Below are positions 1-10,268 of a DNA stretch of 64,000 nt, piece after piece. Source of the stretch: Spirochaetia bacterium (GTDB lineage Bacteria > Spirochaetota > Spirochaetia > UBA9216). Location of the stretch: NCBI GenBank assembly GCA_963677925.2, contig CAXXYH010000003.1:960001-1024000 (forward strand). The letters are read 5' to 3'. Positions within the stretch are counted from its first letter, which is position 1. Each line of letters starts with the position of its first letter. A program made the translations under genes and the position numbers. The notes below the pieces were generated by a model. That model was not told where the DNA came from. It worked only from the letters and a program-made list of their open reading frames with translations, and did not search any database.

Positions 1-2
1 CC

Positions 3-1373
3 ATCGGGCTCGGCGCTGCGGCGGTGCTGCATTCACGTGCTCTGGATGAATATGATGAGAATATCACCTATATAATGACTGATAATCCCCGGACGGCTAT
101 GGCATCATTATCTGCAGCCTTTTACGGCAATCCTGCAGATAAACTGATAACGGTTGGAGTAACAGGAACTGACGGTAAAACCACCACTGTATATCTCATA
201 GATCAGCTTATTGAGCTCTGCGGCTTAAAATCGGGCTTCATTTCAACCGCAGCCTGCAAGATTGCCGATGAAATAACCAAAAATCCATACAGACAGTCGA
301 CTCCTGAGGCCACAGAAATTCAGATGATGCTTTCACAAATGCTTGAGAACGGTAAAACTCATGCCGTAGTAGAGGCGACTTCACATGGACTCTCGCCAAA
401 AAACAACCGGCTGGGCAATCTTGATTTTAATGCAGCTGTATTTACAAATCTGACCCATGAGCATCTTGAGTTTCACGGCAGCTTTGAGCAGTACAGAAAA
501 GACAAGACGGAGCTTTTCAGAAAGCTCAAAATGAATACTAAAAAGCAGTCATTCGGGGTAGTAAACCTTGATGACGGAAGTTCCGCAGCATTCATTGAGG
601 CAACTCAAAACAGGGTATATACCTGCAGTACCCTGAATCCGGAGGCTGACTACTTTGCTGATGAAATCAGACAGGAACCGACTGGAAATCAGTTCAGGCT
701 TAATATTAGAAAAGACGGAAAAACCCAGTCATTTCAGACCTCAATTCAGCTCCCGGGCCTGTTCAACATTGAAAATGTGCTTGGAGCCTTCGCTGTAATT
801 CACAATCTCACACCTATATCACCTGCCCATCTTGCCGGACTGCTGCCGAAGCTTCAGGCCGTAAAAGGCAGGATGAAACTGATTACCGGCAGGCAGTCCT
901 TCACCGTAATAGTGGACTACGCCCACAGCCCGGGATCTTTCAGGAAAGTTTTTCCGGTATTCAGAGAAAACTGCCGCGGCAGGCTTATAAGCGTTTTCGG
1001 TTCTGCAGGCGAACGGGATATTGAGAAACGGTCCATCCAGGGAGCGATTGCCGCGGAATATTCCGACATCCTTTTTATCACGGATGAGGACCCCAGAGGC
1101 GAGGTTCCGATGGATATAATCAGACAGATTGCCGCCGGCGCGGAAGGAAAATCAGAAGAGCCGGTTTCAACCCCCAAAACAGAGGGTGATAATCTGTTTC
1201 TTATACCCGATCGAAAGACGGCCATCCTTGAAGCCTTTAAAACAGCATGTGAAGGCGATACTGTAGTGCTTCTGGGAAAGGGGCATGAAAGCACCATAAT
1301 ATACGCCGACGGTCCCATAGACTGGGATGAGCAGACAGCCGCGGAAGAAGCCCTCAGAGAGCTCGGATACTGA
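3..1373 (+). CDS. murE: UDP-N-acetylmuramoyl-L-alanyl-D-glutamate:diamino acid ligase (5'-partial, frame open to window edge)
   Basis: P-loop GVTGTDGKTT, STPE, VEATSHGL, FTNLTHEHLEFH, VDYAHSP, LLGKGHE motifs of MurE; frame has no stop upstream of 24. Confidence 0.95.
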   Translation: MGLGAAAVLHSRALDEYDENITYIMTDNPRTAMASLSAAFYGNPADKLITVGVTGTDGKTTTVYLIDQLIELCGLKSGFISTAACKIADEITKNPYRQSTPEATEIQMMLSQMLENGKTHAVVEATSHGLSPKNNRLGNLDFNAAVFTNLTHEHLEFHGSFEQYRKDKTELFRKLKMNTKKQSFGVVNLDDGSSAAFIEATQNRVYTCSTLNPEADYFADEIRQEPTGNQFRLNIRKDGKTQSFQTSIQLPGLFNIENVLGAFAVIHNLTPISPAHLAGLLPKLQAVKGRMKLITGRQSFTVIVDYAHSPGSFRKVFPVFRENCRGRLISVFGSAGERDIEKRSIQGAIAAEYSDILFITDEDPRGEVPMDIIRQIAAGAEGKSEEPVSTPKTEGDNLFLIPDRKTAILEAFKTACEGDTVVLLGKGHESTIIYADGPIDWDEQTAAEEALRELGY

Positions 1374-1379
1374 AGGACC

Positions 1380-3719
1380 TTACATATCCATAAGACCGCC
1401 GGTGTCAGCCCTTGACAGTATAACCTGAGCCGCATTCAGTATTTCGGCGGTCTCAACATCTATAAGCCTGCTGAAAACAACAACAGATCCGGGCATAGGA
1501 ATGACCGTCCCGGTCACAATGTAACGGACGGCAAGCAGATTTCCAACCTCTACTGCGGAATCTGTATCAAGCAGCCCGGTAAGCCCCAGTTTCTGTTCCT
1601 CAAGAATTTCATCAAGCTTATTGCGTTCAATCAGACTGATTCCGGAATTCCTTGAAAAAGTAAGAGACGATATTTCCTCCAGGTAACCGAGCATCGGGTA
1701 TTCCACTCCGTCCTTTGATGAAAAGCCCGACAAGGCAACTGTCGGTTCATCTGCTCCATCAAGTTCCAGAAGTATTTCATTGCACAGATCGGTTATTCGC
1801 AGATCCAGCGCCCTCAGTGAAATTGAAGGATCTATTTCTGTATTATTCTTCTGTTCAGCAATTAAAACTGAATCAATTCCCATATCCTCGCCCAGGGCGG
1901 TAATATAATTATCAAGGATGGTAATCTGATCGGTGAAATAGTCTTCCTGATCAAGCCTCAGCCTGGCATTTAAAAGCTGCTTTTTCAGGGCGGATGTCAA
2001 TTCCATCGCGTTTTTCAATTTTTCAGTTCCGGCCGCTTCATCACCCTGATAATTTATAAGAGCCAGTGCTGTATAGTAGAGTTCCCCTATCTCCTTCAAT
2101 TTCTCTGCAAAAAGCATCATATTGCCCGAATGAAGCAGCATGGCATCTGAAATTCCTGTAACAGGAGCTTCTCCTTCAACAACTGTGAGCCGGTGGGCAA
2201 GAGGGGCTATTCTCCCCGGTTTACCGAAAAGATCGGTATAGTTAATATTCAGACTTCCAACGGGAAGTTCACCTGCGGAACTCTGTTCGGGCAGAAAGTA
2301 TTTAAGAAGGATGGTTTCATAATCAGCCAGATGGAGTGTGGGCAGGTAGTATGATACTGAATTTTCATTAATTTCATGGTTATATCCCCAGGTATCAAGG
2401 ATTCGCACATCAGTATCAAATGTAAACTCAATATTCAGATCTCTTGCAAGCGGTACTGCCATCCTGGCAAATTCGGACCCGAAGATTTTCTCCATTTCAT
2501 CCCTGCCGGATATAAAACGGGAGCTTCCTCCGCCCTCTTTAGCCAGAGTAGTCATCATATCGACATCAAATTCGACTCCGACTCCTATTGTGGAAATATT
2601 TATACCCATATCCTTATAGGCTGAAGCCAGCTCGTAGATACTGGCCTTTTCCCTCTTTATCGAACCTGATGTCTTGTATTCAAACTCGGCAACCTGAACT
2701 TCGGTCTTGGCGCCTTTAATTGTTCCTTCAAAATGACTGTACTCATCACCGTTCTTAATTTCTACGCTGAAGGGAAACTCCCCCTTAAACGGTTCATGGT
2801 ACGAGTAATTTACAACAGAAACACTGTAAGTGCCGGCAACAGCGGCTCCTTCTCCCCAGAAAATATTTTCAACGGGCTTGCTGCTTTTTTCACCCCCGGC
2901 ATTCATATCAACATCAAGGCGGCCGCCTGATCTCGATATTCTCTGGGCATAATTAATTTTCTCACCTCCGGGAGCTCTAACATGAAGGTCAAGATCATTA
3001 TAGTTTTCCCATATCAGAGAGATCCTGATATCGCCGCTCTGTGCCCCCTCGCGAGCAAGTCTGGAGGAAAATTCCGTACCGTCAGAGAGAAAAAGGACCC
3101 GGTTTATATATTCAGTACGGTAATTCGCAAGAATCTGTTCATAACCGGTTTCAAGCCCGGCTTCCAGATTGCTGCCTCCGGAGGGATTGATATTCAAGAC
3201 CGCATCCCTGAACCTGCGGCGTTTTTCGGGTGAATCCATCCTTGTGGAAGAGAAAACAACCTCAGGTTCATCCGAAAAGGTTACAAGCGACAGATAATCC
3301 TGATCACGTATCTTATCCAGAAATATTTCAAAACCCTGCTTTACCCACTCAATCTTATCTTCATCATTCATGGAACTGCTGGTATCTATCACATATACAA
3401 GATTCATAGGCGGCAGCTGTTCAAATGCAAGATCGCTTCCCTGTATACCGAACTGAAGCAGAACTTCCTGACCGAGACTTGAGACCTGTTTATTGGAGCT
3501 GTACAGGTATACGCCGAAACCTTCATCAGGCACTGGATAACCGTAATCTATGGATGCAATGTAGGAGTTTGTATAAACCTCTTCCGGAGGGATAACAAGA
3601 CCCTGTTCAGCCAGATATAAACCTCTTTCTGATGAAGAAGCGCTTTCCTCTGAACCGGCGGCGAAGATCATGCCGCAGATACAGACAAATAAGAGAACTG
3701 TAATAATACCGGATTTCAT
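1380..3719 (-). CDS. Secreted VWA-domain protein (YfbK-like) with an inserted YfaP/DUF2135-like domain and C-terminal CsgG/FlgO-like domain
   Basis: Signal peptide; MIDAS DTSSSM...LSDG; DLDLHV..GGRLDVDMN..PVENIFW insert; C-terminal IERNKLDEILEEQKL..SRLIDVETAEIL; RBS GGAGG upstream. Confidence 0.8.
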   Translation of the reverse strand: MKSGIITVLLFVCICGMIFAAGSEESASSSERGLYLAEQGLVIPPEEVYTNSYIASIDYGYPVPDEGFGVYLYSSNKQVSSLGQEVLLQFGIQGSDLAFEQLPPMNLVYVIDTSSSMNDEDKIEWVKQGFEIFLDKIRDQDYLSLVTFSDEPEVVFSSTRMDSPEKRRRFRDAVLNINPSGGSNLEAGLETGYEQILANYRTEYINRVLFLSDGTEFSSRLAREGAQSGDIRISLIWENYNDLDLHVRAPGGEKINYAQRISRSGGRLDVDMNAGGEKSSKPVENIFWGEGAAVAGTYSVSVVNYSYHEPFKGEFPFSVEIKNGDEYSHFEGTIKGAKTEVQVAEFEYKTSGSIKREKASIYELASAYKDMGINISTIGVGVEFDVDMMTTLAKEGGGSSRFISGRDEMEKIFGSEFARMAVPLARDLNIEFTFDTDVRILDTWGYNHEINENSVSYYLPTLHLADYETILLKYFLPEQSSAGELPVGSLNINYTDLFGKPGRIAPLAHRLTVVEGEAPVTGISDAMLLHSGNMMLFAEKLKEIGELYYTALALINYQGDEAAGTEKLKNAMELTSALKKQLLNARLRLDQEDYFTDQITILDNYITALGEDMGIDSVLIAEQKNNTEIDPSISLRALDLRITDLCNEILLELDGADEPTVALSGFSSKDGVEYPMLGYLEEISSLTFSRNSGISLIERNKLDEILEEQKLGLTGLLDTDSAVEVGNLLAVRYIVTGTVIPMPGSVVVFSRLIDVETAEILNAAQVILSRADTGGLMDM

Positions 3720-3857
3720 ATTGAACCTCCCCTGTAGAAATGGGACAGCTATATTATTAATTATATGAACACAGGGATCTCAACACAAGTATTATAAGGT
3801 TTGGCAAACCATATGAAATATTCGGAATCAGATGAGACTCCAATTATAAAAATTAAT

Positions 3858-3886
3858 TTGAAATTATTTTAAAGCAGCCCTACCCT
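3858..3886 (+). promoter_or_regulatory. sigma70-type promoter, probable leaderless transcript
   Basis: TTGAAA-N17-TACCCT-N6-ATG(3893); no Shine-Dalgarno. Confidence 0.55.
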
Positions 3887-3892
3887 TTCTAT

Positions 3893-4489
3893 ATGAAAGT
3901 ACCAGATATTAAATTACCCCCGCCCCAGACAGATATTACTTTTCCTCTCATGAAAGCTTTAGAACAAAGACGTTCCAAAAGAAGATTCTCCGGGGAGCCG
4001 CTGTCTCTTCAGCAGATATCCAATATTTTGTGGGCAGCGTGCGGAATAAGCCTCACTGAAACTAAAAGAAGTAAAAACAGGCGAACCGTACCCTCAGCAT
4101 CCAACTCTCAGGAAATCAGCGTATACATCATTATTGAATCAGGAGTATTCCTATACCATCCTGATCAGCATAGTCTGAAGTGTATTAAAGTGGATGATCT
4201 GAGGTCGGATATTGGAACACAGAAGATGATGAAAAATGCACCTCTTGGGCTTGTGTATGTTTCAGACTATTCAAAACTGAAGAAGTATCTGGCAAAAAAT
4301 GATGATCGAAAATATTTTGTTTCAGGAACCGATACAGGTTTTATCAGTCAGAATGTATATCTTTACTGTACCGCTGCAGGTCTTAACACATGCATCATAG
4401 GCTTTGTGGACCGTGAAAAGCTTCACAGTAAAATGGGGCTGGCTGAACAGCAGAAGATAATTTACACTCAGGCGGCAGGATGCGCATAG
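3893..4489 (+). CDS. SagB/ThcOx-like nitroreductase-family flavoprotein
   Basis: QRRSKRRFS, RTVPSASN, TGFISQNVYLYCTAAGL motifs. Confidence 0.85.
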   Translation: MKVPDIKLPPPQTDITFPLMKALEQRRSKRRFSGEPLSLQQISNILWAACGISLTETKRSKNRRTVPSASNSQEISVYIIIESGVFLYHPDQHSLKCIKVDDLRSDIGTQKMMKNAPLGLVYVSDYSKLKKYLAKNDDRKYFVSGTDTGFISQNVYLYCTAAGLNTCIIGFVDREKLHSKMGLAEQQKIIYTQAAGCA

Positions 4490-4532
4490 ACCTGCAAAAT
4501 TGCAAATGCAGTAAGCTTAATCCCGGAGAAGG

Positions 4533-5561
4533 TTATCTGATTTTATAGAACTCCTCTACGTATTCCATCCAGTAGTTTCTGATAAACACCATGATTGGTA
4601 CTGCAAAAAGCACTCCGGCTATTCCGAAAATCCCTCCGAAAAGAAGTATACCCAGTAGAATAACAAACCAGTTCAGCTCCATTCGATCACCCTGGATACG
4701 CGGAGATAAAAGCCATACCTCAATCTGATTACCAAGCATCAGAACAATAGCTACTCTCAGCAGCCCCCATCCGCCGTAATGCGACAGGCCCAGAAATATC
4801 GAAGGAACCGCTGCTGTGATGATTCCGAAATATGGAATAAAATTAGTGACGAAGGATAAGAAGCCGAGGAAAAGTGAATATGGTATTCCCGCTATTTTCA
4901 TTCCAACGCCGACAATCAGCCCTACACAGGCGGCAATAAGCATCTGTCCGTTTATAAAAGATTTCAGACTTGTATAATAATCTTCAACAAAACCTATGGC
5001 CTTGTCTCTTGTTGAGGCCGGGAAAAATCTCCAGAGGTTTGTCTTTATGACCGGAATTAATACTGTAAGATATGAAGCTGCAATGATAAAGACAATTGAT
5101 GCTGTAAGTGCGTCCGGAATTACCTTTATAAGGTTATTCAGAAGCGAAATACCGGCGGAAGAGAAAGCATTAAAAATGCGTGTTCCCAGCATATCAACCA
5201 GCTGATGGATGGTATCGCTGTATTTCATATTTTCAAAAAATACGGGCAGCGTCAGATTAAATCCCTCGGCGGTAATTGCATTGAATAATTTCTTTCCTTC
5301 ATCAAACACAATTGGAAATATCTGAACAACAGTAATTGCCAGAAGTGCAAAAATCAGAATTGATGAGATAATAACCGCAGCCTTCCGGTGAATAAACTTG
5401 ATTTTGGCAAGGAGTCTTGCAGGAACCATAATGATCATTGACAGATACAGCCCCAGCATTAATGCACTAACAATCACCGGCGAAAGTATGTACAGCAGAA
5501 TAATGATTCCAAAATATAACAGAAAAGTCCATGTTGCAGGATCTATGGCTTTCTTCGGCAT
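4533..5561 (-). CDS. AI-2E family transporter
   Basis: Multi-TM protein with NFIPYFG, NQIEVWLLSPRIQG, GGIFGIAGVLFAVP signatures. Confidence 0.9.
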   Translation of the reverse strand: MPKKAIDPATWTFLLYFGIIILLYILSPVIVSALMLGLYLSMIIMVPARLLAKIKFIHRKAAVIISSILIFALLAITVVQIFPIVFDEGKKLFNAITAEGFNLTLPVFFENMKYSDTIHQLVDMLGTRIFNAFSSAGISLLNNLIKVIPDALTASIVFIIAASYLTVLIPVIKTNLWRFFPASTRDKAIGFVEDYYTSLKSFINGQMLIAACVGLIVGVGMKIAGIPYSLFLGFLSFVTNFIPYFGIITAAVPSIFLGLSHYGGWGLLRVAIVLMLGNQIEVWLLSPRIQGDRMELNWFVILLGILLFGGIFGIAGVLFAVPIMVFIRNYWMEYVEEFYKIR

Positions 5562-5663
5562 TGCTTAATTCACTCCCCACTACCGTAATTTACAAGTAAA
5601 GACTTTAACATTATAATGACAATCGGCCGAAAAGACCAAGTATAATCAGCTAAGAAGGGAATT

Positions 5664-6779
5664 ATGGACAAAAAAAACATCTGCATACTCTACGGGGGAA
5701 AATCAGGGGAACATGAGGTTTCGATGCTCTCTGCGGCTTCTGTAATAAGCCACCTTGATCGAGGATTGTATGAGATAACTGCAGTTGGAATATCCAAAGC
5801 AGGCAGATGGTACCTCCAGCCGGAGGCGACAGCCGATGTTGATGCAGGCAGGGGCCTGTCAATTACTGCCGATGAAGATCTGCTGGTCTATATTGCTCCC
5901 GGAGCCGGTCTTTTCTGTGAAGGCAGAAGACTTGATGCCGATTTTGTATTTCCGGTTCTTCACGGAACCTTCGGTGAAGACGGCACAGTACAGGGACTGC
6001 TCGAACTTGCCGATCTTCCATACGCCGGATCAGGCGTTTCCGGGAGCTCAATCGGTATGGACAAGGAAATCATAAAAAAGATATGGATAGCAGCAGGTCT
6101 GGACACTGTCCCCTGCCGCTCACTTAATGTTGATTTATACAGCAGCAGTGAATTTTCACTGACAGATTTTGCATCTGGGCTTGAGAATGAGTACGGGTAT
6201 CCCCTTTTTATAAAACCTGCAAGAGCAGGCTCATCTGTAGGAATAAGCAAGGCTGATGATTACGCTGAATTCGCCGAAGCAGTTACAAAAGCCTTTAAAT
6301 TCGATTCAAGAATAATTTTTGAACCTGCCGTTGATGCAAGAGAGATAGAATGTTCAGTAATCGGAAACTTCACAGCCGAAGCATATCTTCCGGGAGAGAT
6401 AGCTCCGACTCACGAGTTTTATGATTATGAAGCAAAATACATAGATGAAAACGGAGCCGCATTAATAATCCCTGCTGACATCCCCGAGGAACTGATCGAA
6501 AGAGTAAAAAAGACAGCAGTAAGAGCATATCTTGAAGCCGGAATTGAAGGGATGGCGAGGGTGGATTTTTTTATTGACCGCAAATCCGGAAAGCTTCTGC
6601 TTAACGAAGTAAATACTATACCGGGATTTACAAGCATAAGTATGTTTTCAAAAATGTGCGAGGCCGGCGGACTACCCTACTCTAATATGCTTGATAAGCT
6701 TATAACCCTTGGTGAAGAACGTTTTAACTCAAGAAATAAACTTTCCTTCACTCTTGCAGAGGAAGCAGAAACAGTTTAA
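5664..6779 (+). CDS. ddl: D-alanine--D-alanine ligase
   Basis: GGKSGEHEVS, FPVLHGTFGEDG, KPARAGSSVG, FYDYEAKY, NEVNTIPGFT. Confidence 0.97.
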   Translation: MDKKNICILYGGKSGEHEVSMLSAASVISHLDRGLYEITAVGISKAGRWYLQPEATADVDAGRGLSITADEDLLVYIAPGAGLFCEGRRLDADFVFPVLHGTFGEDGTVQGLLELADLPYAGSGVSGSSIGMDKEIIKKIWIAAGLDTVPCRSLNVDLYSSSEFSLTDFASGLENEYGYPLFIKPARAGSSVGISKADDYAEFAEAVTKAFKFDSRIIFEPAVDAREIECSVIGNFTAEAYLPGEIAPTHEFYDYEAKYIDENGAALIIPADIPEELIERVKKTAVRAYLEAGIEGMARVDFFIDRKSGKLLLNEVNTIPGFTSISMFSKMCEAGGLPYSNMLDKLITLGEERFNSRNKLSFTLAEEAETV

Positions 6780-6810
6780 GAAGCTTCCTATAAAACCAGA
6801 ACAGACGGCG

Positions 6811-7509
6811 TCAGATGTTTTTAAGATACCAGACGCCGGTATATTCCCTGATAACTGAGAGCTTCCTATCCATGATATCGCGGCCCATATTCTCACCGAA
6901 GAAGAATCCGCAGATCCTTGCAGCATCGCCAATGCTTTTAAATTTATAGTCGGTTCTTAGCTCATTTCGTTCGAAACCTGCTTCATTCTCAAGAAAGGCG
7001 TGAAAATCACTAAGCGCCTTATTTGCTATACCGGCTTTTTCTACATGAGTACCCAGAGATTCAACAATCAGAATATCTCCACCCGGTTTAACAATCTCTT
7101 TAATCCTGTTAACCATCTGTCCGCAGACATCGGGAATTGTTTCTTCGTACTCATCGGCAGTATGTCCAAGGCTCCAGCCTTCAATAAAAATATCTGCTTT
7201 TACAGCCGGTACAGGCAGATCCAGGTTTTCAGCTTGACCCAGCATAATTTTATCCATGAATGAAGCAAGATTACTGCGGCATTTTTCAAGCATATGCATT
7301 TCCCTGTCATATCCCGAACAGGAAGCTGCCGACTCAATATAGTATTTTGTCATACGGCCTGTTCCGATTCCGGCCTCATAGACATTTTTGCCGCTCCAGT
7401 TTATTTTACTACGGAGAAAGGATCCAAGATTATCCTGATAATCCTCGGCGCTTACAAGCTCATCATATTCTGCAGAGTGATTTTTATAAATTTCAAACAT
7501 AGTGGGCAT
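6811..7509 (-). CDS. Class I SAM-dependent methyltransferase
   Basis: VYEAGIGTGR motif I, VKPGGDIL motif. Confidence 0.8.
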   Translation of the reverse strand: MPTMFEIYKNHSAEYDELVSAEDYQDNLGSFLRSKINWSGKNVYEAGIGTGRMTKYYIESAASCSGYDREMHMLEKCRSNLASFMDKIMLGQAENLDLPVPAVKADIFIEGWSLGHTADEYEETIPDVCGQMVNRIKEIVKPGGDILIVESLGTHVEKAGIANKALSDFHAFLENEAGFERNELRTDYKFKSIGDAARICGFFFGENMGRDIMDRKLSVIREYTGVWYLKNI

Positions 7510-7590
7510 TGAAGGTGCTCCTTATTTTTAAATTTCCGGATGAATTATAACATACTTAAAATTAGATTTTATTCGTAAAAAATATAATTT

Positions 7591-8133
7591 CTACCAGTGG
7601 TTTCTTGAAGTTATTGAAGAAAGAGGTTTCCGTTCCCTGAGGCTGTCACGTTCACTGTCTGACAGCTCCGGATACCCGACAGCAAGTAGAAGAACAATAC
7701 TCATTTTATAAGGAACAGTCAGGATTTCACCCATCTCCCGTTCATCATATGTAGTAATCACACAGCCGCCCAGTCCCTCTGCATTAGCCTGAATAAGCAT
7801 AAAAGATGCAGCAAAACTGAGATCGATTGGATGTGAAGGCTGACCGTTTGGCATTTTATAATCTACATTGGTTGTTCCAAGTGCGATAAGAACCGGAGCC
7901 TGTCCGACATGCTCCTGTCCATAGGCGGCTTTTTCAACCTGCTTGCGGACATCCTCATCAGTGATAACAATAAAACGCCAGGGCTGTCTGTTTTTTGCTG
8001 ACGGAGCTATTCTTCCTGCCTCAAGGATACTTTCAATCTTTTCTTCTTCTACGGGACGGGCAGAAAAGCTTCGTATGCTTCTGCAGTTTTCAATCTCGGG
8101 TAGCAGCTTTGATTTTAAATCTTGACGAATCAT
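7591..8133 (-). CDS. Nitroreductase family protein
   Basis: RSIRSF, APSAKNRQPWRF, AEGLGGC. Confidence 0.9.
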   Translation of the reverse strand: MIRQDLKSKLLPEIENCRSIRSFSARPVEEEKIESILEAGRIAPSAKNRQPWRFIVITDEDVRKQVEKAAYGQEHVGQAPVLIALGTTNVDYKMPNGQPSHPIDLSFAASFMLIQANAEGLGGCVITTYDEREMGEILTVPYKMSIVLLLAVGYPELSDSERDSLRERKPLSSITSRNHW

Positions 8134-8159
8134 TGTAATTTCCCTTATTGTGAAACATA

Positions 8160-10268
8160 ATGAAAAGACTGTGCTTCTCTATAATATTATGTCTGATAAC
8201 TGCAAGCGTTTCATTCCCAGAGACTATAATAAACGATATTAACTATTTTTCCAAGCTTTTTCCCAGAATTGAGGGGTCTTCTAACGAAAAAGAAACTTTC
8301 AGCTATATAAAACAGCGTCTAAATGAAATCGGAGTCGAATATTCTGAAAGAGACTTCAGTGAATCCGAGGGCTATCACTCCTTTTCTTCAGCGGTAGAAG
8401 CTGATATTACAGGTGAGTCAGAGAACATTCTGGTAATCGCAGTACCGGTAGATACAGCCTTCGATGAATCAGAACAGAGCTCCGGAAGTTTTACAATCGC
8501 AGCTGCACTGAAAGCAGCGGATTACTTCCTCTCAAACAAACCGGCTGTTTCCATAAAAATCCTTTTTCTGGGAGCAGAGTTCGGCAGAAACCGTAATTAT
8601 CCGCTGGGCTCAAGGAACTTTCTTGACTCATTCTATCCCGAAGTCCCTGCAGCAGTTATCTATCTGAATTTGCAGAAGCCTTCCAATACCATCCGGATAA
8701 TTTCGGGTACAGACGGCTATACAACACCTTTCTGGCTGTTCAGTTCGACATCTGATGCATTGAAAACTGCAGGATTCAAAACCCTCCATTCAAAAACTCA
8801 GTCGGTTCTTTACAGACTCAAATCTTCAGGAGAGAGCAACCTTATTAAACTCTATCTGGAAGAGGAATATCCCGCTGTTGAACTTCAGGCAGAGTCAGGC
8901 CGGACAGCTGAGGAACCCGAAGAAGCCGCAGAAAAACTGCTCACATTTATAGAATCATTTACAGCCGCGGAATCTGAAGGATTTCCTGATGAATGGGACA
9001 GCCACTATGTATTCGGGTTGGGTGAAACTGCCTATATTTTTCTGCTGCTTATAATTATTGCTCTGCTGATGATCTATCCGATATTCAAGCGCAGGCATTT
9101 CGGCTGGTATATGCATACGCTTTCAAAGAATCTCTGGTCCCTGCCTATGCTCTATATTGTCACATTCAGCCTTCTGGCACTGGGGACGCTGCTTACCTCA
9201 ACCATACTGAACCTGATGTCTTTTCCTGATTTATGGGAATACAATCCCGGTTTGATTTTCATATTTAAAATATCACTTTCAATGCTGTTTTATTCACTGA
9301 TCATGCGGCTTCTTATCAAGCTGCCATTTTCCCGAAAAGGGAGCTTCTATTCGATTTCAGCAATATTCTTTCTTGTGATAAGTCTTATTGTACTAACAGT
9401 TATTGATATATCCCTATCCTATTTCAGCCTATGGGCTCTGTTTTTTATTTTCATATTTTCAGTTGTAAAAAAAACATGGATGAAAATTGTAATGCTGGTT
9501 CTTTCTGTATTTCTTCTGGCGACAGGCCTCTTAGAAATATTCAGGCTTCCCTCACTGACTGTGATAAGAATGATAACTCTGTCTCCGCTTTCCGGAAACC
9601 TGGTGCTCAGCGTTATAATTCTCCCGTTTATTCTGGCAATCATCCGCATAGACATGCTTATTTCACCGTCCAAATACGTAACCAGACTGGCACCAATACT
9701 TTTTGCCGCAGTGACAGCAGGAATCTTCATTTTTCTGATCAGCTATACACCTTTCAATGACCGGAATCCCCAGCCTGTACAGATAACAGGCCTTACAGAT
9801 GAAACTACAGGGACTCATGAGCTGTCAATCAGCAGTCCGGCACCGATTAATGAGGCAACCGCGGCTGAACTGTATGCAATGGCCGATCACGGACCTGTTC
9901 ATGAAAGTCAGATAGGCTTCGAGCTGGAATCCCGTAATTTTCTTAACCGGCGTGTAATAGAAGCGGAGATCAGCTTTGAAGATAATCCTGATGAATTAAG
10001 TATTGAAATTAATTCCGATAAGGACCTGATACTTTTTGACAGCAGCTTTCCGTCAACATATTTTCCGGGTGAGCGGCGTATAGAGATTTATACCGGTAAA
10101 AACCCTCCGGCACCGCTGGATTTCATGCTGACAATTAATGCTGCGGCTATAATTAATATTACAGTTGAGGCAAAGTACTTCACTCCTCCTGCCCTACAGC
10201 AGATTCAGGGACAGCCGCTTCTTATCAGCTCTGATCTGAGCATCATTTCCCGGTATTCCGATGATTAA
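8160..10268 (+). CDS. Membrane protein with N-terminal M28 peptidase-like domain (metal ligands look degenerate) and about 8 TM helices
   Basis: Signal peptide, PRIEGSSNE, ILFLGAEFG..PLGS; hydrophobic block around aa 290-530. Confidence 0.65.
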   Translation: MKRLCFSIILCLITASVSFPETIINDINYFSKLFPRIEGSSNEKETFSYIKQRLNEIGVEYSERDFSESEGYHSFSSAVEADITGESENILVIAVPVDTAFDESEQSSGSFTIAAALKAADYFLSNKPAVSIKILFLGAEFGRNRNYPLGSRNFLDSFYPEVPAAVIYLNLQKPSNTIRIISGTDGYTTPFWLFSSTSDALKTAGFKTLHSKTQSVLYRLKSSGESNLIKLYLEEEYPAVELQAESGRTAEEPEEAAEKLLTFIESFTAAESEGFPDEWDSHYVFGLGETAYIFLLLIIIALLMIYPIFKRRHFGWYMHTLSKNLWSLPMLYIVTFSLLALGTLLTSTILNLMSFPDLWEYNPGLIFIFKISLSMLFYSLIMRLLIKLPFSRKGSFYSISAIFFLVISLIVLTVIDISLSYFSLWALFFIFIFSVVKKTWMKIVMLVLSVFLLATGLLEIFRLPSLTVIRMITLSPLSGNLVLSVIILPFILAIIRIDMLISPSKYVTRLAPILFAAVTAGIFIFLISYTPFNDRNPQPVQITGLTDETTGTHELSISSPAPINEATAAELYAMADHGPVHESQIGFELESRNFLNRRVIEAEISFEDNPDELSIEINSDKDLILFDSSFPSTYFPGERRIEIYTGKNPPAPLDFMLTINAAAIINITVEAKYFTPPALQQIQGQPLLISSDLSIISRYSDD

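Noticed and set aside
3893-4489. SagB-like dehydrogenase as part of an azole RiPP cluster
   Set aside because: No YcaO, precursor peptide or transporter nearby; stand-alone members of this family are common
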